A DNA stretch of 24,000 nucleotides from Metabacillus sediminis (GTDB lineage Bacteria > Bacillota > Bacilli > Bacillales > Bacillaceae), in the NCBI RefSeq assembly GCF_037201815.1, contig NZ_CP147407.1:1720723-1744722 (forward strand), written 5' to 3'. The notes beneath the pieces were generated by a model. That model was not told the origin of the DNA. It saw only the letters and a program-made list of their open reading frames with translations, and did no database searches. The stretch's first letter is position 1; each line of letters begins with the position of its first letter. Positions 15,875-24,000 of the stretch are shown here, one piece after another. A program made the position numbers and the translations under genes.

Positions 15875-16948
15875 ATGAAAAAATGGCGGACAACATGGCG
15901 TTTGATGACTTTGTTCATCTTAGCAGCGTTTGTCATGACCGGATGCGGAGAACCGTTCCTTTCAACATTGCGGCCAGCTGGAGAGGTAGCGGAGAACCAA
16001 TTTTGGATTATGAGTTTAAGCACTATTATTATGGTAGTGGTCGTTGCAGTCGTTACTGTTATATTCTTTTATGTCATCGTGCGTTTCAGACATCGAAAAG
16101 GGGACGAAAAGAAAATACCTGAACAAGTAGAGGGAAATCAGCGATTAGAAATTATATGGACTGTTATTCCGATTTTGCTTCTGCTTGTATTAGCTGTACC
16201 GGTTGTTGCTGCAACTTTTGAATTGGCGAATGTAAAGCCAATGGAAGAGAAAAACCGCAAGCCGGAGGATGCATTAGTCGTAAATGTACGCGCCAATCTA
16301 TACTGGTGGGAATTTGAATACCCTGACTACAAAATCATTACGAGTCAGGATTTAGTCGTACCGACAGATGAAAAGGTTTACTTCAGTGTAAAAGCATCCG
16401 ATGTAAAACATTCTTTCTGGATTCCTTCTGCAGGTGGGAAAATTGATACGAACACGGAAAATGTCAACAAATTCTGGCTTACATTTGATTCAGATAAAGT
16501 CAATAAGGCTGGAGAGTATTTGTATGGCAAGTGTGCCGAGCTTTGCGGACCTTCACACGCATTAATGGACTTCAAAGTGAAAGCGGTACCGCGGGAAGAA
16601 TTTAATCAATGGACAAATAAAATGAAAGCTGCCAAGCCTCAGGCTGCGACTGCTCTTGCTAAACAAGGGGAACAGCTTTTTGAGGAAAAGAGCTGCATCG
16701 GCTGCCATGCTGTAGCACCTGCTGATGAGAGACCAGAAGAAGTGCGAACAGCTCCTAATCTTGGCAACTTTGGTGAACGAACTAAAGTGGCCGGTATCTT
16801 GCCTCATACGGATGAAAACATAAAAAAATGGCTTGAAAATCCTGAAAAATACAAGCCCGGCAACAAGATGACCGGTAAATACCCTAAATTATCCGGACAA
16901 GAAATTGAAGCGCTTACAGCATATATGAAGGGTTTAAAGGTTGAATAA
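15875..16948 (+). CDS. ctaC: Cytochrome c oxidase (caa3) subunit II with a fused C-terminal cytochrome c domain; lipoprotein
   Basis: The product starts MKKWRTTWRLMTLFILAAFVMTGCGEP, with a lipobox (MTGC). The CuA site is CAELCGPSHALM and the heme c site is CIGCH. The start is ATG 15875; an in-frame TTG at 15869 has better spacing (6 nt) to GAGGGG at 15857-15862. The ORF-track start at 15809 is unlikely. Confidence 0.92.
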   Translation: MKKWRTTWRLMTLFILAAFVMTGCGEPFLSTLRPAGEVAENQFWIMSLSTIIMVVVVAVVTVIFFYVIVRFRHRKGDEKKIPEQVEGNQRLEIIWTVIPILLLLVLAVPVVAATFELANVKPMEEKNRKPEDALVVNVRANLYWWEFEYPDYKIITSQDLVVPTDEKVYFSVKASDVKHSFWIPSAGGKIDTNTENVNKFWLTFDSDKVNKAGEYLYGKCAELCGPSHALMDFKVKAVPREEFNQWTNKMKAAKPQAATALAKQGEQLFEEKSCIGCHAVAPADERPEEVRTAPNLGNFGERTKVAGILPHTDENIKKWLENPEKYKPGNKMTGKYPKLSGQEIEALTAYMKGLKVE

Positions 16949-16973
16949 TCTGCAATAAAGGGGAGGGTTTGAC

Positions 16974-18839
16974 TTGAGTACAATCGCTCAAAAGAAGGGG
17001 TTCGGTGCAACAGTTTGGGATTATTTAACGACTGTTGACCATAAAAAAATTGCAATATTGTATCTTGCAGCAGGTGGATTATTCTTTTTAATAGGGGGAC
17101 TTGAAGCGCTGCTGATTCGTATTCAGCTGGCTGTTCCCGGCAATGATTTTCTGCAGGCGGGATTATACAATGAAATTATTACGATGCATGGGACGACAAT
17201 GATCTTTCTTGCTTCAATGCCTTTGCTTTTCGCTTTTATGAATGCGGTCGTGCCGCTGCAAATCGGAGCACGCGACGTTGCATTCCCGTTTTTAAATGCA
17301 CTGGGATTCTGGCTTTTCTTATTTGGCGGCCTTTTTTTGAATCTAAGCTGGTTTTTAGGAGGAGCTCCAGATGCGGGATGGACATCTTACGCGTCTTTAT
17401 CTCTCTATTCTCCAGGGCATGGCATTGATTTTTATGTACTTGGGCTGCAAATATCCGGGATCGGTACATTAACAGCCGGAATTAACTTTCTTGTAACAAT
17501 TATCAACATGAGAGCCCCGGGAATGACATTTATGAGAATGCCGCTTTTTACCTGGACTACTTTTGTTGCATCAGCACTTATATTATTTGCCTTTCCAGCA
17601 CTTACTGTCGGGCTTGCTCTGATGATGCTGGACCGTCTGTTTGACACAAGCTTCTTTGCCGCAGAAAAAGGAGGAAATACAGTCATCTGGGAGCATTTGT
17701 TCTGGATCTTCGGGCACCCGGAAGTATACATATTAATTCTTCCTGCGTTCGGTATGTTTTCTGATATCATTCCGGTTTTCTCCAAGAAAAGATTGTTTGG
17801 ATATTCTTCTATGGTTTTTGCGACCGTATTAATCGGATTTTTAGGGTTTATGGTTTGGGCCCATCATATGTTTACAACGGGTTTAGGGCCAATTGCCAAC
17901 GCGATTTTTGCTGTAGCTACGATGGCCATTGCCGTTCCGACCGGCATTAAGATATTCAACTGGCTTTTCACGATGTGGGGCGGAATCATTCGCTACACAA
18001 CTGCAATGCTCTGGTCAGTAGCTTTCATCCCTTCCTTTGTTCTTGGAGGAGTAACAGGGGTTATGCTTGCAAGTGCAGCAGCTGATTACCAGTACCATGA
18101 CAGTTACTTTGTAGTGGCCCATTTTCATTACGTAATTGTTGGCGGAGTTGTGTTTGCTCTCTTTGCCGGTGTTCATTACTGGTGGCCGCTAATGTTTAAT
18201 AAAATTCTTAATGAAACGCTCGGAAAAATTACGTTTGTTCTATTTGTTTTCGGCTTCCACTTAACGTTTTTTATTCAGCATTTTCTAGGTCTTTATGGAA
18301 TGCCAAGAAGGGTGTTTACCTTCCTGCCGAATCAAGGCTGGGAGACAGGAAACCTTGTCAGCTCCCTGGGCGCTATATTCATGGCAGCAGCTGTTATCGT
18401 CATGCTCTACAATATCGTTATAACGGCGATAAATGGAAAAGCGGCAGGTAAAGATCCTTGGGTAGATGGCCGTACACTCGAATGGGCGGTTGAAGCGCCG
18501 ACTCCTGAGTACAATTTCAAGCAAACACCGCTTGTTCGCGGTCTTGACGCTTTGTGGGTTGAAAAAATGGCAGGGAAAAAAGGAATGACACCTGCTGAAC
18601 CTGTGTCAGATATCCATATGCCAAACTCATCAATTGTTCCGCTGATTATGGCATTCGGGCTTTTTGTTGCAGCATTCGGTCTCATGTACCGCACGGAAGA
18701 GCCATGGGCAATTATTGTCCTGTTTATTGGCTTCTCGATAACGCTTGCATCCATGTTCCTGCGTTCTGTTAAGGATGACCACGGGTTCCATATTCATAAA
18801 GAGGATCTTGAAGATGATGATAAAGGGGTGAAGGCATAA
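16974..18839 (+). CDS. ctaD: Cytochrome c oxidase subunit I
   Basis: GGGGAGGG at 16960-16967 sits 6 nt before TTG 16974. The product is 621 aa with heme-copper oxidase motifs (WFFGHPEVYILILP-like WIFGHPEVYILILPAFG, and HHMFTTG). Confidence 0.97.
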   Translation: MSTIAQKKGFGATVWDYLTTVDHKKIAILYLAAGGLFFLIGGLEALLIRIQLAVPGNDFLQAGLYNEIITMHGTTMIFLASMPLLFAFMNAVVPLQIGARDVAFPFLNALGFWLFLFGGLFLNLSWFLGGAPDAGWTSYASLSLYSPGHGIDFYVLGLQISGIGTLTAGINFLVTIINMRAPGMTFMRMPLFTWTTFVASALILFAFPALTVGLALMMLDRLFDTSFFAAEKGGNTVIWEHLFWIFGHPEVYILILPAFGMFSDIIPVFSKKRLFGYSSMVFATVLIGFLGFMVWAHHMFTTGLGPIANAIFAVATMAIAVPTGIKIFNWLFTMWGGIIRYTTAMLWSVAFIPSFVLGGVTGVMLASAAADYQYHDSYFVVAHFHYVIVGGVVFALFAGVHYWWPLMFNKILNETLGKITFVLFVFGFHLTFFIQHFLGLYGMPRRVFTFLPNQGWETGNLVSSLGAIFMAAAVIVMLYNIVITAINGKAAGKDPWVDGRTLEWAVEAPTPEYNFKQTPLVRGLDALWVEKMAGKKGMTPAEPVSDIHMPNSSIVPLIMAFGLFVAAFGLMYRTEEPWAIIVLFIGFSITLASMFLRSVKDDHGFHIHKEDLEDDDKGVKA

Positions 18840-19459
18840 TGCATGCTGAAGAAAAGCTAACAGCTGAAACTTTCCCGGAATCTCCTGAAAAAGCAACCCT
18901 TGAAGGAAAAAATAAATTTGTGGGCTTTTGGCTTTTCCTGGGAGGAGAAACTGTCCTGTTTGCCTCTCTGTTTGCTACTTTTCTGGCACTTAGGCAATCA
19001 CCTAAAGGCGGGCCGCCGGAAGAACTGTTTGAACTGCCTATTGTATTTATCGCAACCATGCTGTTGTTGACAAGCAGTTTGACGAGTGTTTATGCAATGT
19101 ACCATATGAAAAATTTTAACTTTAAACAAATGCAGATTTGGCTTGGTATTACGTTGCTTCTTGGTGCGGGGTTCCTTGGACTTGAAATTTACGAATTTAA
19201 TCACTATGTTCACGAGAAGGATTTTACCATTACAACAAATGCTTTTGGATCAGCCTTTTACACTCTTGTAGGAACGCACGGAGCCCACGTAACTTTTGGA
19301 CTTTTGTGGATTGCGACCCTTATCATAAGAAACAGCAAGAGAGGATTAAGCCTATATAACGCACCTAAATTCTATGTAGCCAGTCTTTACTGGCATTTCA
19401 TTGATGTAGTCTGGGTATTCATTTTCACAGTCGTATACTTAATGGGGATGGTGGGGTAA
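18839..19459 (+). CDS. ctaE: Cytochrome c oxidase subunit III
   Basis: The ATG overlaps the ctaD stop codon (TAATG at 18837-18841). The product is a 206-aa membrane protein with a C-terminal WHFIDVVWVFIF motif. Confidence 0.95.
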   Translation: MHAEEKLTAETFPESPEKATLEGKNKFVGFWLFLGGETVLFASLFATFLALRQSPKGGPPEELFELPIVFIATMLLLTSSLTSVYAMYHMKNFNFKQMQIWLGITLLLGAGFLGLEIYEFNHYVHEKDFTITTNAFGSAFYTLVGTHGAHVTFGLLWIATLIIRNSKRGLSLYNAPKFYVASLYWHFIDVVWVFIFTVVYLMGMVG

Positions 19460-19792
19460 ATGGCTCAACATCAAAATTCAGGTAACCCAAAGGTAGATCT
19501 TGCCTATCGTAAAAGGAAAAACGCTGAAGACATGAAATATCAGCTTGTATCATTTGGAATGATGCTCTTTTTAACCGTACTGGCATTTATGGCAGTTGGT
19601 TATAAGGGTATCGAGCATTGGTTCACCGTACCATTCATTATCCTTTTGGCCTTAGTGCAGGTCGCTTTCCAGCTCTACTATTTCATGCACATGAATCACA
19701 AAGGCCACGAAGCACCTGCCCTTTTCCTATACTCAGGAGTCTTCGTCGCCGCCCTAACTGTACTCACATTTATGACAATCGTCTGGTGGTAA
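19460..19792 (+). CDS. ctaF: Cytochrome c oxidase subunit IV (caa3 type)
   Basis: The ATG immediately follows the ctaE TAA. The product is 110 aa with 3 TM helices. Position and size match B. subtilis CtaF. Confidence 0.88.
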   Translation: MAQHQNSGNPKVDLAYRKRKNAEDMKYQLVSFGMMLFLTVLAFMAVGYKGIEHWFTVPFIILLALVQVAFQLYYFMHMNHKGHEAPALFLYSGVFVAALTVLTFMTIVWW

Positions 19793-19794
19793 AA

Positions 19795-20163
19795 AGAAAA
19801 GCGGAGGGCGCTTGCCCAGCGCTGAGAGACGGTGGAGCTCTCGACCGAAAGGCGTTTTTTGCCTTGACCGAGAGAGCGAAGCGGCCGAAGCGCTAGCGCC
19901 CGGAGCTGGACAAAGCAGAAAAGCGGAGGGCGCTTGCCCAGCGCTGAGAGACGGTGGAGCTCTCGACCGAAAGGCGTTCAAATAAGGGGATGTTCTGCTA
20001 AGAGCGCGACGTCCTGTCGCAACGCAGAACTGACCCGCATCCTGCGTGCCCGAGAGAGCGAAGCGGCCGAAGCGCTAGCGCCTGGAGCTGTACAAAGCAG
20101 AAAAGCGGAGGGCGCTTCTAGTAATGTATGCTAAAAGCGCGGCGTCCTGCCGCTGCTCCGAAG
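19795..20163. repeat. Composite GC-rich repeat element built from three module types between ctaF and ctaG
   Basis: R1 (62 bp) occurs at 19795-19856 and 19917-19978; the copies are identical by eye, and a third truncated head lies at 20099-20117. R2 (68 bp) occurs at 19868-19935 and 20050-20117 with 2 mismatches. R3 (about 38 bp) occurs at 19991-20029 and 20125-20162 and is diverged. R2 overlaps the head of R1. Confidence 0.85.
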
Positions 20164-20310
20164 GCCTTTATCTTGTTTTATTTGCATCTGAATGGATTAC
20201 TGGCTAATTAGCAGGAAGAAATCCTATTTTTCCTTAGCTGTAAGCTGCTAAGTTCGGCCGCTTCGATGGACTAATTGCCTTCTGCGGGCAGCAGGAAGGA
20301 GGAGACATCT

Positions 20311-21219
20311 TTGGGAAATTTGGCATTGTTCGGATTTGAGGCGTTATGGAGTCCTTATTATCTCGCTATATTAGGAATCCTTGCAGCATTGTATTTTTCA
20401 GCAGTCAGGCATCGAAAAAAATGGTTTAAGTACTCTGAGGAAGTATCCTGGCAGCAGAAAGCTTCATTTTATGGAGGACTAGCACTTCTTTACATTTTGA
20501 AAGGAAGTCCTCTTGATCTGCTGGGCCATATCCTTTTTAGTGTGCATATGACTCAGATGGCCTTGGTATATTTAGTTGTTACACCGCTGCTTATCATTGG
20601 GATACCAGGCTGGATTTGGAATGTGATTTTACTGCGTTCGCCAGTCAGGCAGATTTTTATGTTTTTGACTCAGCCGATCCTGGCATTAATTTTGTTTAAT
20701 GGCATTTTTTCCTTGTATCATACACCACTCGTATTCGATATTGTCAAAACTAATCCTGTCTATCACGCTGCCGCTACGAGTCTTATTTTTTTGACATCCC
20801 TATGTATGTGGTGGCCTGTATTTAGAAAACGCGGAAATTCAGACGAGATGTCCAGCCTTATGAAAATAGGGTATATTTTTGCTAATGGTGTTCTCCTGAC
20901 ACCTGCGTGTGCGCTGATCATTTTTGCGAAGGATCCGCTTTATGCAGCTTATTCCGATCCTGCTTCCTGGATGAACGCAATGGCGCTCTGTGTACCTGGA
21001 AACATGTTATCGGGGCTAAACCTGTCAGGCCCGGAAGTTTTTACTTCTATGCCGTTAACCGAGGATCAGCAGCTCGGGGGCATATTAATGAAAATCATCC
21101 AGGAGGCTGTTTATGGCACGATTCTTGGATATATTTTCTTTAAGTGGGTAAGAATCGAAAGAGAAAAGGATAATCGGGAGCTGCAGGCAATCCTCTCAGA
21201 AAAAGAGCATCGCATTTGA
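20311..21219 (+). CDS. ctaG: Cytochrome c oxidase assembly factor CtaG (Bacillus caa3 type, polytopic membrane protein)
   Basis: AAGGAGG at 20296-20302 sits 8 nt before an in-frame TTG at 20311. The product is about 302 aa and multi-TM. It lies directly after ctaF, as in B. subtilis. The ORF-track start at 20275 has no RBS. Confidence 0.85.
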   Translation: MGNLALFGFEALWSPYYLAILGILAALYFSAVRHRKKWFKYSEEVSWQQKASFYGGLALLYILKGSPLDLLGHILFSVHMTQMALVYLVVTPLLIIGIPGWIWNVILLRSPVRQIFMFLTQPILALILFNGIFSLYHTPLVFDIVKTNPVYHAAATSLIFLTSLCMWWPVFRKRGNSDEMSSLMKIGYIFANGVLLTPACALIIFAKDPLYAAYSDPASWMNAMALCVPGNMLSGLNLSGPEVFTSMPLTEDQQLGGILMKIIQEAVYGTILGYIFFKWVRIEREKDNRELQAILSEKEHRI

Positions 21220-21254
21220 TTGTGACATCATTCAAATAAAAGGAGTCTTTGCAT

Positions 21255-21716
21255 ATGTACTTGCCTCTTCTTCCAACGATCAGCACAGCTTTTATTGTAA
21301 TCAGTGCCGTATTTGTTGCCATTGGCTGGTATTTGATTGCTAAACGCCGTGTAGAGGCTCATCGTAAAGCGATGACATGGGCCGGTGTTTTTGCGCTTGT
21401 TTTTTTTATCGTTTACGTTTCCAGAACTGTTTTCGACGGAAATACGGCCTTTGGAGGACCCCCGAGTGTTAAAGTTTTTTATTTAATCTTTTTAATCTTT
21501 CATATCTTTCTTGCAGCTTCAGGGGGAGTTTTTGGAATTATCTCGATCTGGTCCGGCTACAAACGAAAAATAATCCGCCATAGAAGGCTTGGACCAATCA
21601 CAAGCATTATCTGGTTTTCGACAGCAATAACAGGAGTCACTGTTTATATGCTTTTATACATTATTTATGGCGGGGGAGAAACAGTTCCCGTCATTAAGGC
21701 AATTACTGGCTTTTAA
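21255..21716 (+). CDS. DUF420-family membrane protein (CtaM-like)
   Basis: AAAGGAG at 21239-21245 sits 9 nt before ATG 21255. The product is about 153 aa with 4 TM helices. The N-terminal pattern is LPTISTAFIVISAVFVAIGWYLIAKRRVEAHRKAM. Association with a cta cluster is typical of DUF420 proteins (from memory). Confidence 0.7.
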   Translation: MYLPLLPTISTAFIVISAVFVAIGWYLIAKRRVEAHRKAMTWAGVFALVFFIVYVSRTVFDGNTAFGGPPSVKVFYLIFLIFHIFLAASGGVFGIISIWSGYKRKIIRHRRLGPITSIIWFSTAITGVTVYMLLYIIYGGGETVPVIKAITGF

Positions 21717-21726
21717 CATAATACAA

Positions 21727-21762
21727 GGGGGGTGCAGAATATAATTCTGTAACCCTTTTTTA
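21727..21762 (+). terminator. Rho-independent terminator
   Basis: GGGGTGCAGAAT at 21729-21740 pairs with ATTCTGTAACCC at 21744-21755 (one mismatch, one wobble). TTTTTT follows. Confidence 0.6.
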
Positions 21763-21790
21763 TTTGGTTAAATGCAAAGGAGGGAAAGCG

Positions 21791-22288
21791 ATGGAAATTC
21801 TAACAGATGAGCTGCTGCTCATTCCCTGCTCCTTGGATTTGGCGAAGTCGCTCATTCTGCATAAAAAGGAACTGGCCAAGCGATCTCCTATTGTCATTCC
21901 AGAGGACTGGCCTTCATCAATGAGTCAAGGAATTTTGCCTTTTTACATAGAAAGACTGGAGAAGGACCGGTCTGAGTATGGTTGGGGCATTTGGCTGATT
22001 ATTCACCACAGGGAAAAGAAGATGATCGGAGATTTTTACATTTATTCAAAGCCGGATCAAGATGGCACTGTAGACTTTGACTTTCGTATTCACCCTGACT
22101 ATCGAAAAGAGAATGGATTTGAGGCAGTAAGCCATTTTTTTGATTGGCTTTTTGAACAAAAAGGGGTGAAATGCATTTCTACAGAATGCCATATTGAACA
22201 GGTAAAGACGATTGGCATTCTTAGCAGGCTCGGTCTCATATGTAATAGGAAGGAGAAATCCTATTTAAGCTGGAGCCTGTCAAAGTAA
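21791..22288 (+). CDS. GNAT-family N-acetyltransferase (RimJ/RimL-like, diverged)
   Basis: AAAGGAGGG at 21776-21784 sits 6 nt before ATG 21791. The product is about 165 aa. The opening LLLIPCSLDLAKSL and the stretch IHPDYRKENGFEAVSHFFDWLF resemble GNAT motif A, but the match is degenerate. Confidence 0.55.
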   Translation: MEILTDELLLIPCSLDLAKSLILHKKELAKRSPIVIPEDWPSSMSQGILPFYIERLEKDRSEYGWGIWLIIHHREKKMIGDFYIYSKPDQDGTVDFDFRIHPDYRKENGFEAVSHFFDWLFEQKGVKCISTECHIEQVKTIGILSRLGLICNRKEKSYLSWSLSK

Positions 22289-22320
22289 AAAAGACAAAAG
22301 CAAGGCTTCTGTCTTTTTAA
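22287..22320. terminator. Bidirectional hairpin terminator between convergent genes
   Basis: AAAAGACA(a)AAG pairs with CTT(c)TGTCTTTT around a 5-nt loop, with A/T runs on both sides. Confidence 0.6.
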
Positions 22321-22676
22321 AGCGTAATCGCTTCCAAGTCTTTTTTTAAACGCTTAATGGTGTTTTCGCAGGATTGGACAATCGGTTCGGGAAAATCTTC
22401 TCCCTCGCCATATTCCACGCCATGGGGATAATAATGCTTTCCCAGAAGGGGTGTTAATAATTTTACAACCGCGTGTCTTCCACCCACTTCACCTTCTGTA
22501 ATATAGCCTTGAATCCTAAAATAATAAATTTCCCCCAGCTGTTCCATTTTCTTATCATAGGTAACGCGTTCATAGTCCCACTGTCCGGCGCGAACTAATC
22601 CATGCTGCTCCATTAAAAAATCAAGCCTGCTTAATTCTGCGGTTTGCTGGTCAAGCCCTGTTCCTTCGAATTTCAT
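22317..22676 (-). CDS. Conserved hypothetical protein, YlbA/YugN-like by size and position
   Basis: This is a 119-aa ORF. GGAAGGGAGAA precedes ATG 22676 on the minus strand. It is divergent from the ylbC-like gene. No catalytic motif recognised. Confidence 0.5.
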   Translation of the reverse strand: MKFEGTGLDQQTAELSRLDFLMEQHGLVRAGQWDYERVTYDKKMEQLGEIYYFRIQGYITEGEVGGRHAVVKLLTPLLGKHYYPHGVEYGEGEDFPEPIVQSCENTIKRLKKDLEAITL

Positions 22677-22938
22677 AAGACCGTATTCTCCCTTCCACCC
22701 TTATGTAAACGCTTTTCATCCCATATTCTTATAATAGTATGAAACAGTCAGACTTTCAATCCGGATATGGGTCCATTTGGGAAAATCGGTATTAAATGCA
22801 AGCATTTTAGACATACTATTTAACCATAACATGACAGTTTCGCCTTATTTATTGAAATTGGAAGTCTTTTCTGATTAAATGACTTGTAACAGCAGGATTA
22901 ATTTAAAATGAAAAGCGGGGGTAATTTAGCTGAGACGT

Positions 22939-23970
22939 TTGTTTAAAACCATTTTGGTCATTGCCATTATTATAAGTACCTATACCGTATTTATTAAGTT
23001 TGCAGAACAGCCTCCTAACCGAATAGAAGAAAAGAAAGATTTACAGCTTTCAAATGAAGAAGATACCCCCAATCAAGCTATTGACCTGCCCGATAAAGGA
23101 CTGCTTTCTTTAATGGGCCAGTCATCAGGACAGGTTCTTAAAGAACTCGGGGAACCTTCAAGGAAAGATCCATCACAATATGATTATCAATGGTGGATCT
23201 ACAATGGAGGAAACAATCAATACGTACAGATTGGTGTTCTGGCGGATAAAGTGGTTTCTGTCTATGCGATCGGAAATGGTGTGAATATGAATCCTTATAA
23301 GCTGGGTGAGCCGCTGAGCGAGGTTTATCAGACTGCACCGATTTCTTCCTCGCTATCAATGGAGCATGATGGAAATTCATATCGATTCGAACTTTCAGAG
23401 GAAGATATGAATACGCGTCCTGCCATTGAAGCTGATGGGACAATCATTCAGCTTTATATTGATAAGTTTGATGGGACACTCTCAAGTATTCGCGCGACCG
23501 ACAAAGAAACCTTTATAAAACAGCGTCCCTATGAAGTCGTTTACAGAGGAAAGCTGATTAATGCCAAGACTGTGTCTGAAGAAGAGGAGAAGAATATTCA
23601 GCGTGCGCAGGAGAGGCAAATATTAGATATTACCAATGTCATACGGAACCGTCATGAATTGGCCCCTTTAAGCTGGGACCCGAATACGGCCCGAACAGCG
23701 TTTTCACATAGCAAAGATATGGCAGACCAGCAATATTTTGCTCATGATTCACCCACACAGGGGACTCTTGCTGACCGGTTAAAGCGGGACCGAATTCCTT
23801 ATCAAACGGCAGGTGAAAATATTGCTGCCCACTACAGTGACAGTATCTCTTCTGTAGAAGGCTGGCTGAACAGTGAAGGTCACAGGAAAGCATTGCTCAA
23901 TAAAGAGTTCACCCATCTTGGAGTCGGTGTTTATAAAGATTACTATACACAGGATTTCATAGGGAAGTAA
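22939..23970 (+). CDS. ylbC: CAP/SCP (cysteine-rich secretory protein family) domain protein with an N-terminal membrane anchor, YlbC-like
   Basis: The N-terminal TM segment is ILVIAIIISTYTVFI. The C-terminal CAP-domain pattern is ILDITNVIRNRHELAPLSWD...FAHDSP...AGENIA...VEGWLNSEGHRKALLNKEFTHLGVGV. The start is uncertain: TTG 22939 or CTG 22930 (see findings). Confidence 0.8.
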   Translation: MFKTILVIAIIISTYTVFIKFAEQPPNRIEEKKDLQLSNEEDTPNQAIDLPDKGLLSLMGQSSGQVLKELGEPSRKDPSQYDYQWWIYNGGNNQYVQIGVLADKVVSVYAIGNGVNMNPYKLGEPLSEVYQTAPISSSLSMEHDGNSYRFELSEEDMNTRPAIEADGTIIQLYIDKFDGTLSSIRATDKETFIKQRPYEVVYRGKLINAKTVSEEEEKNIQRAQERQILDITNVIRNRHELAPLSWDPNTARTAFSHSKDMADQQYFAHDSPTQGTLADRLKRDRIPYQTAGENIAAHYSDSISSVEGWLNSEGHRKALLNKEFTHLGVGVYKDYYTQDFIGK

Positions 23971-23973
23971 AAA

Positions 23974-24000
23974 ATGATAACCGCATCGGGTTATCATTTT
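23974..24000 (+). terminator. Rho-independent terminator after the ylbC-like gene
   Basis: ATGATAACC at 23974-23982 pairs with GGTTATCAT at 23989-23997. A TTT run continues to the window edge. Confidence 0.6.

Noticed and set aside
19618-20134. ORFs 19618..19896 (+), 19754..19981 (-) and 19934..20134 (+) with Ala/Arg/Gly-rich translations
   Set aside because: They are generated by the GC-rich repeat modules, which are low in stop codons. They overlap ctaF or each other on both strands, lack RBSs, and the repeated segments translate in different frames.
1280-22939. N-terminal extensions implied by ORF-track starts (1280, 2927, 3020, 4253, 15809, 20275, 21249, 21764)
   Set aside because: In each case a canonical AGGAGG- or GGAGG-type SD lies inside the extension, 6-9 nt upstream of an internal in-frame ATG, GTG or TTG. 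The trimmed products also match the expected lengths of B. subtilis homologues.
1-24000. A defence island, prophage or other multi-gene mobile system in the window
   Set aside because: There are no integrase, transposase, recombinase, restriction-modification, toxin-antitoxin or phage structural genes, and no tRNA attachment site. The single NERD gene is the only defence-flavoured component. The rest is a conserved housekeeping and respiration backbone.

Overview
This window looks like a chromosomal segment from a moderately AT-rich Bacillaceae genome. From memory of the B. subtilis map (no search was run), gene order is collinear with ylaI-ylaJ-ylaK-ylaL-ylaN-ftsW-pycA-ctaA-ctaBCDEFG-ylbA-ylbC. 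Most of the window is ordinary core genome: a PhoH/PIN ATPase, the SEDS protein FtsW, pyruvate carboxylase, heme A and heme O synthases, the four caa3 oxidase subunits and the CtaG assembly factor. Most genes have clear Shine-Dalgarno sites and intrinsic terminators. I do not see a convincing multi-gene novel system such as a defence island, CRISPR array, prophage or toxin-antitoxin pair. Four things fall outside the conserved backbone. (1) A ~920-bp purine-rich array of alternating 42-bp and 60-bp tandem modules lies at 205-1126, directly upstream of a NERD-domain/zinc-ribbon/HTH gene that appears accessory. (2) Two GC-rich structured repeat elements are wedged into transcription units: one in the ylaK 3' region at 5642-5827, and a composite one between ctaF and ctaG at 19795-20163. 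(3) A class I photolyase gene sits between pycA and ctaA. (4) Phased TTCACA-like hexamers occur in the ctaA/ctaB divergent control region. The tandem array is the most unusual object, and its function cannot be determined from sequence alone. Several ORF-track starts were trimmed to the start codon with proper RBS spacing.
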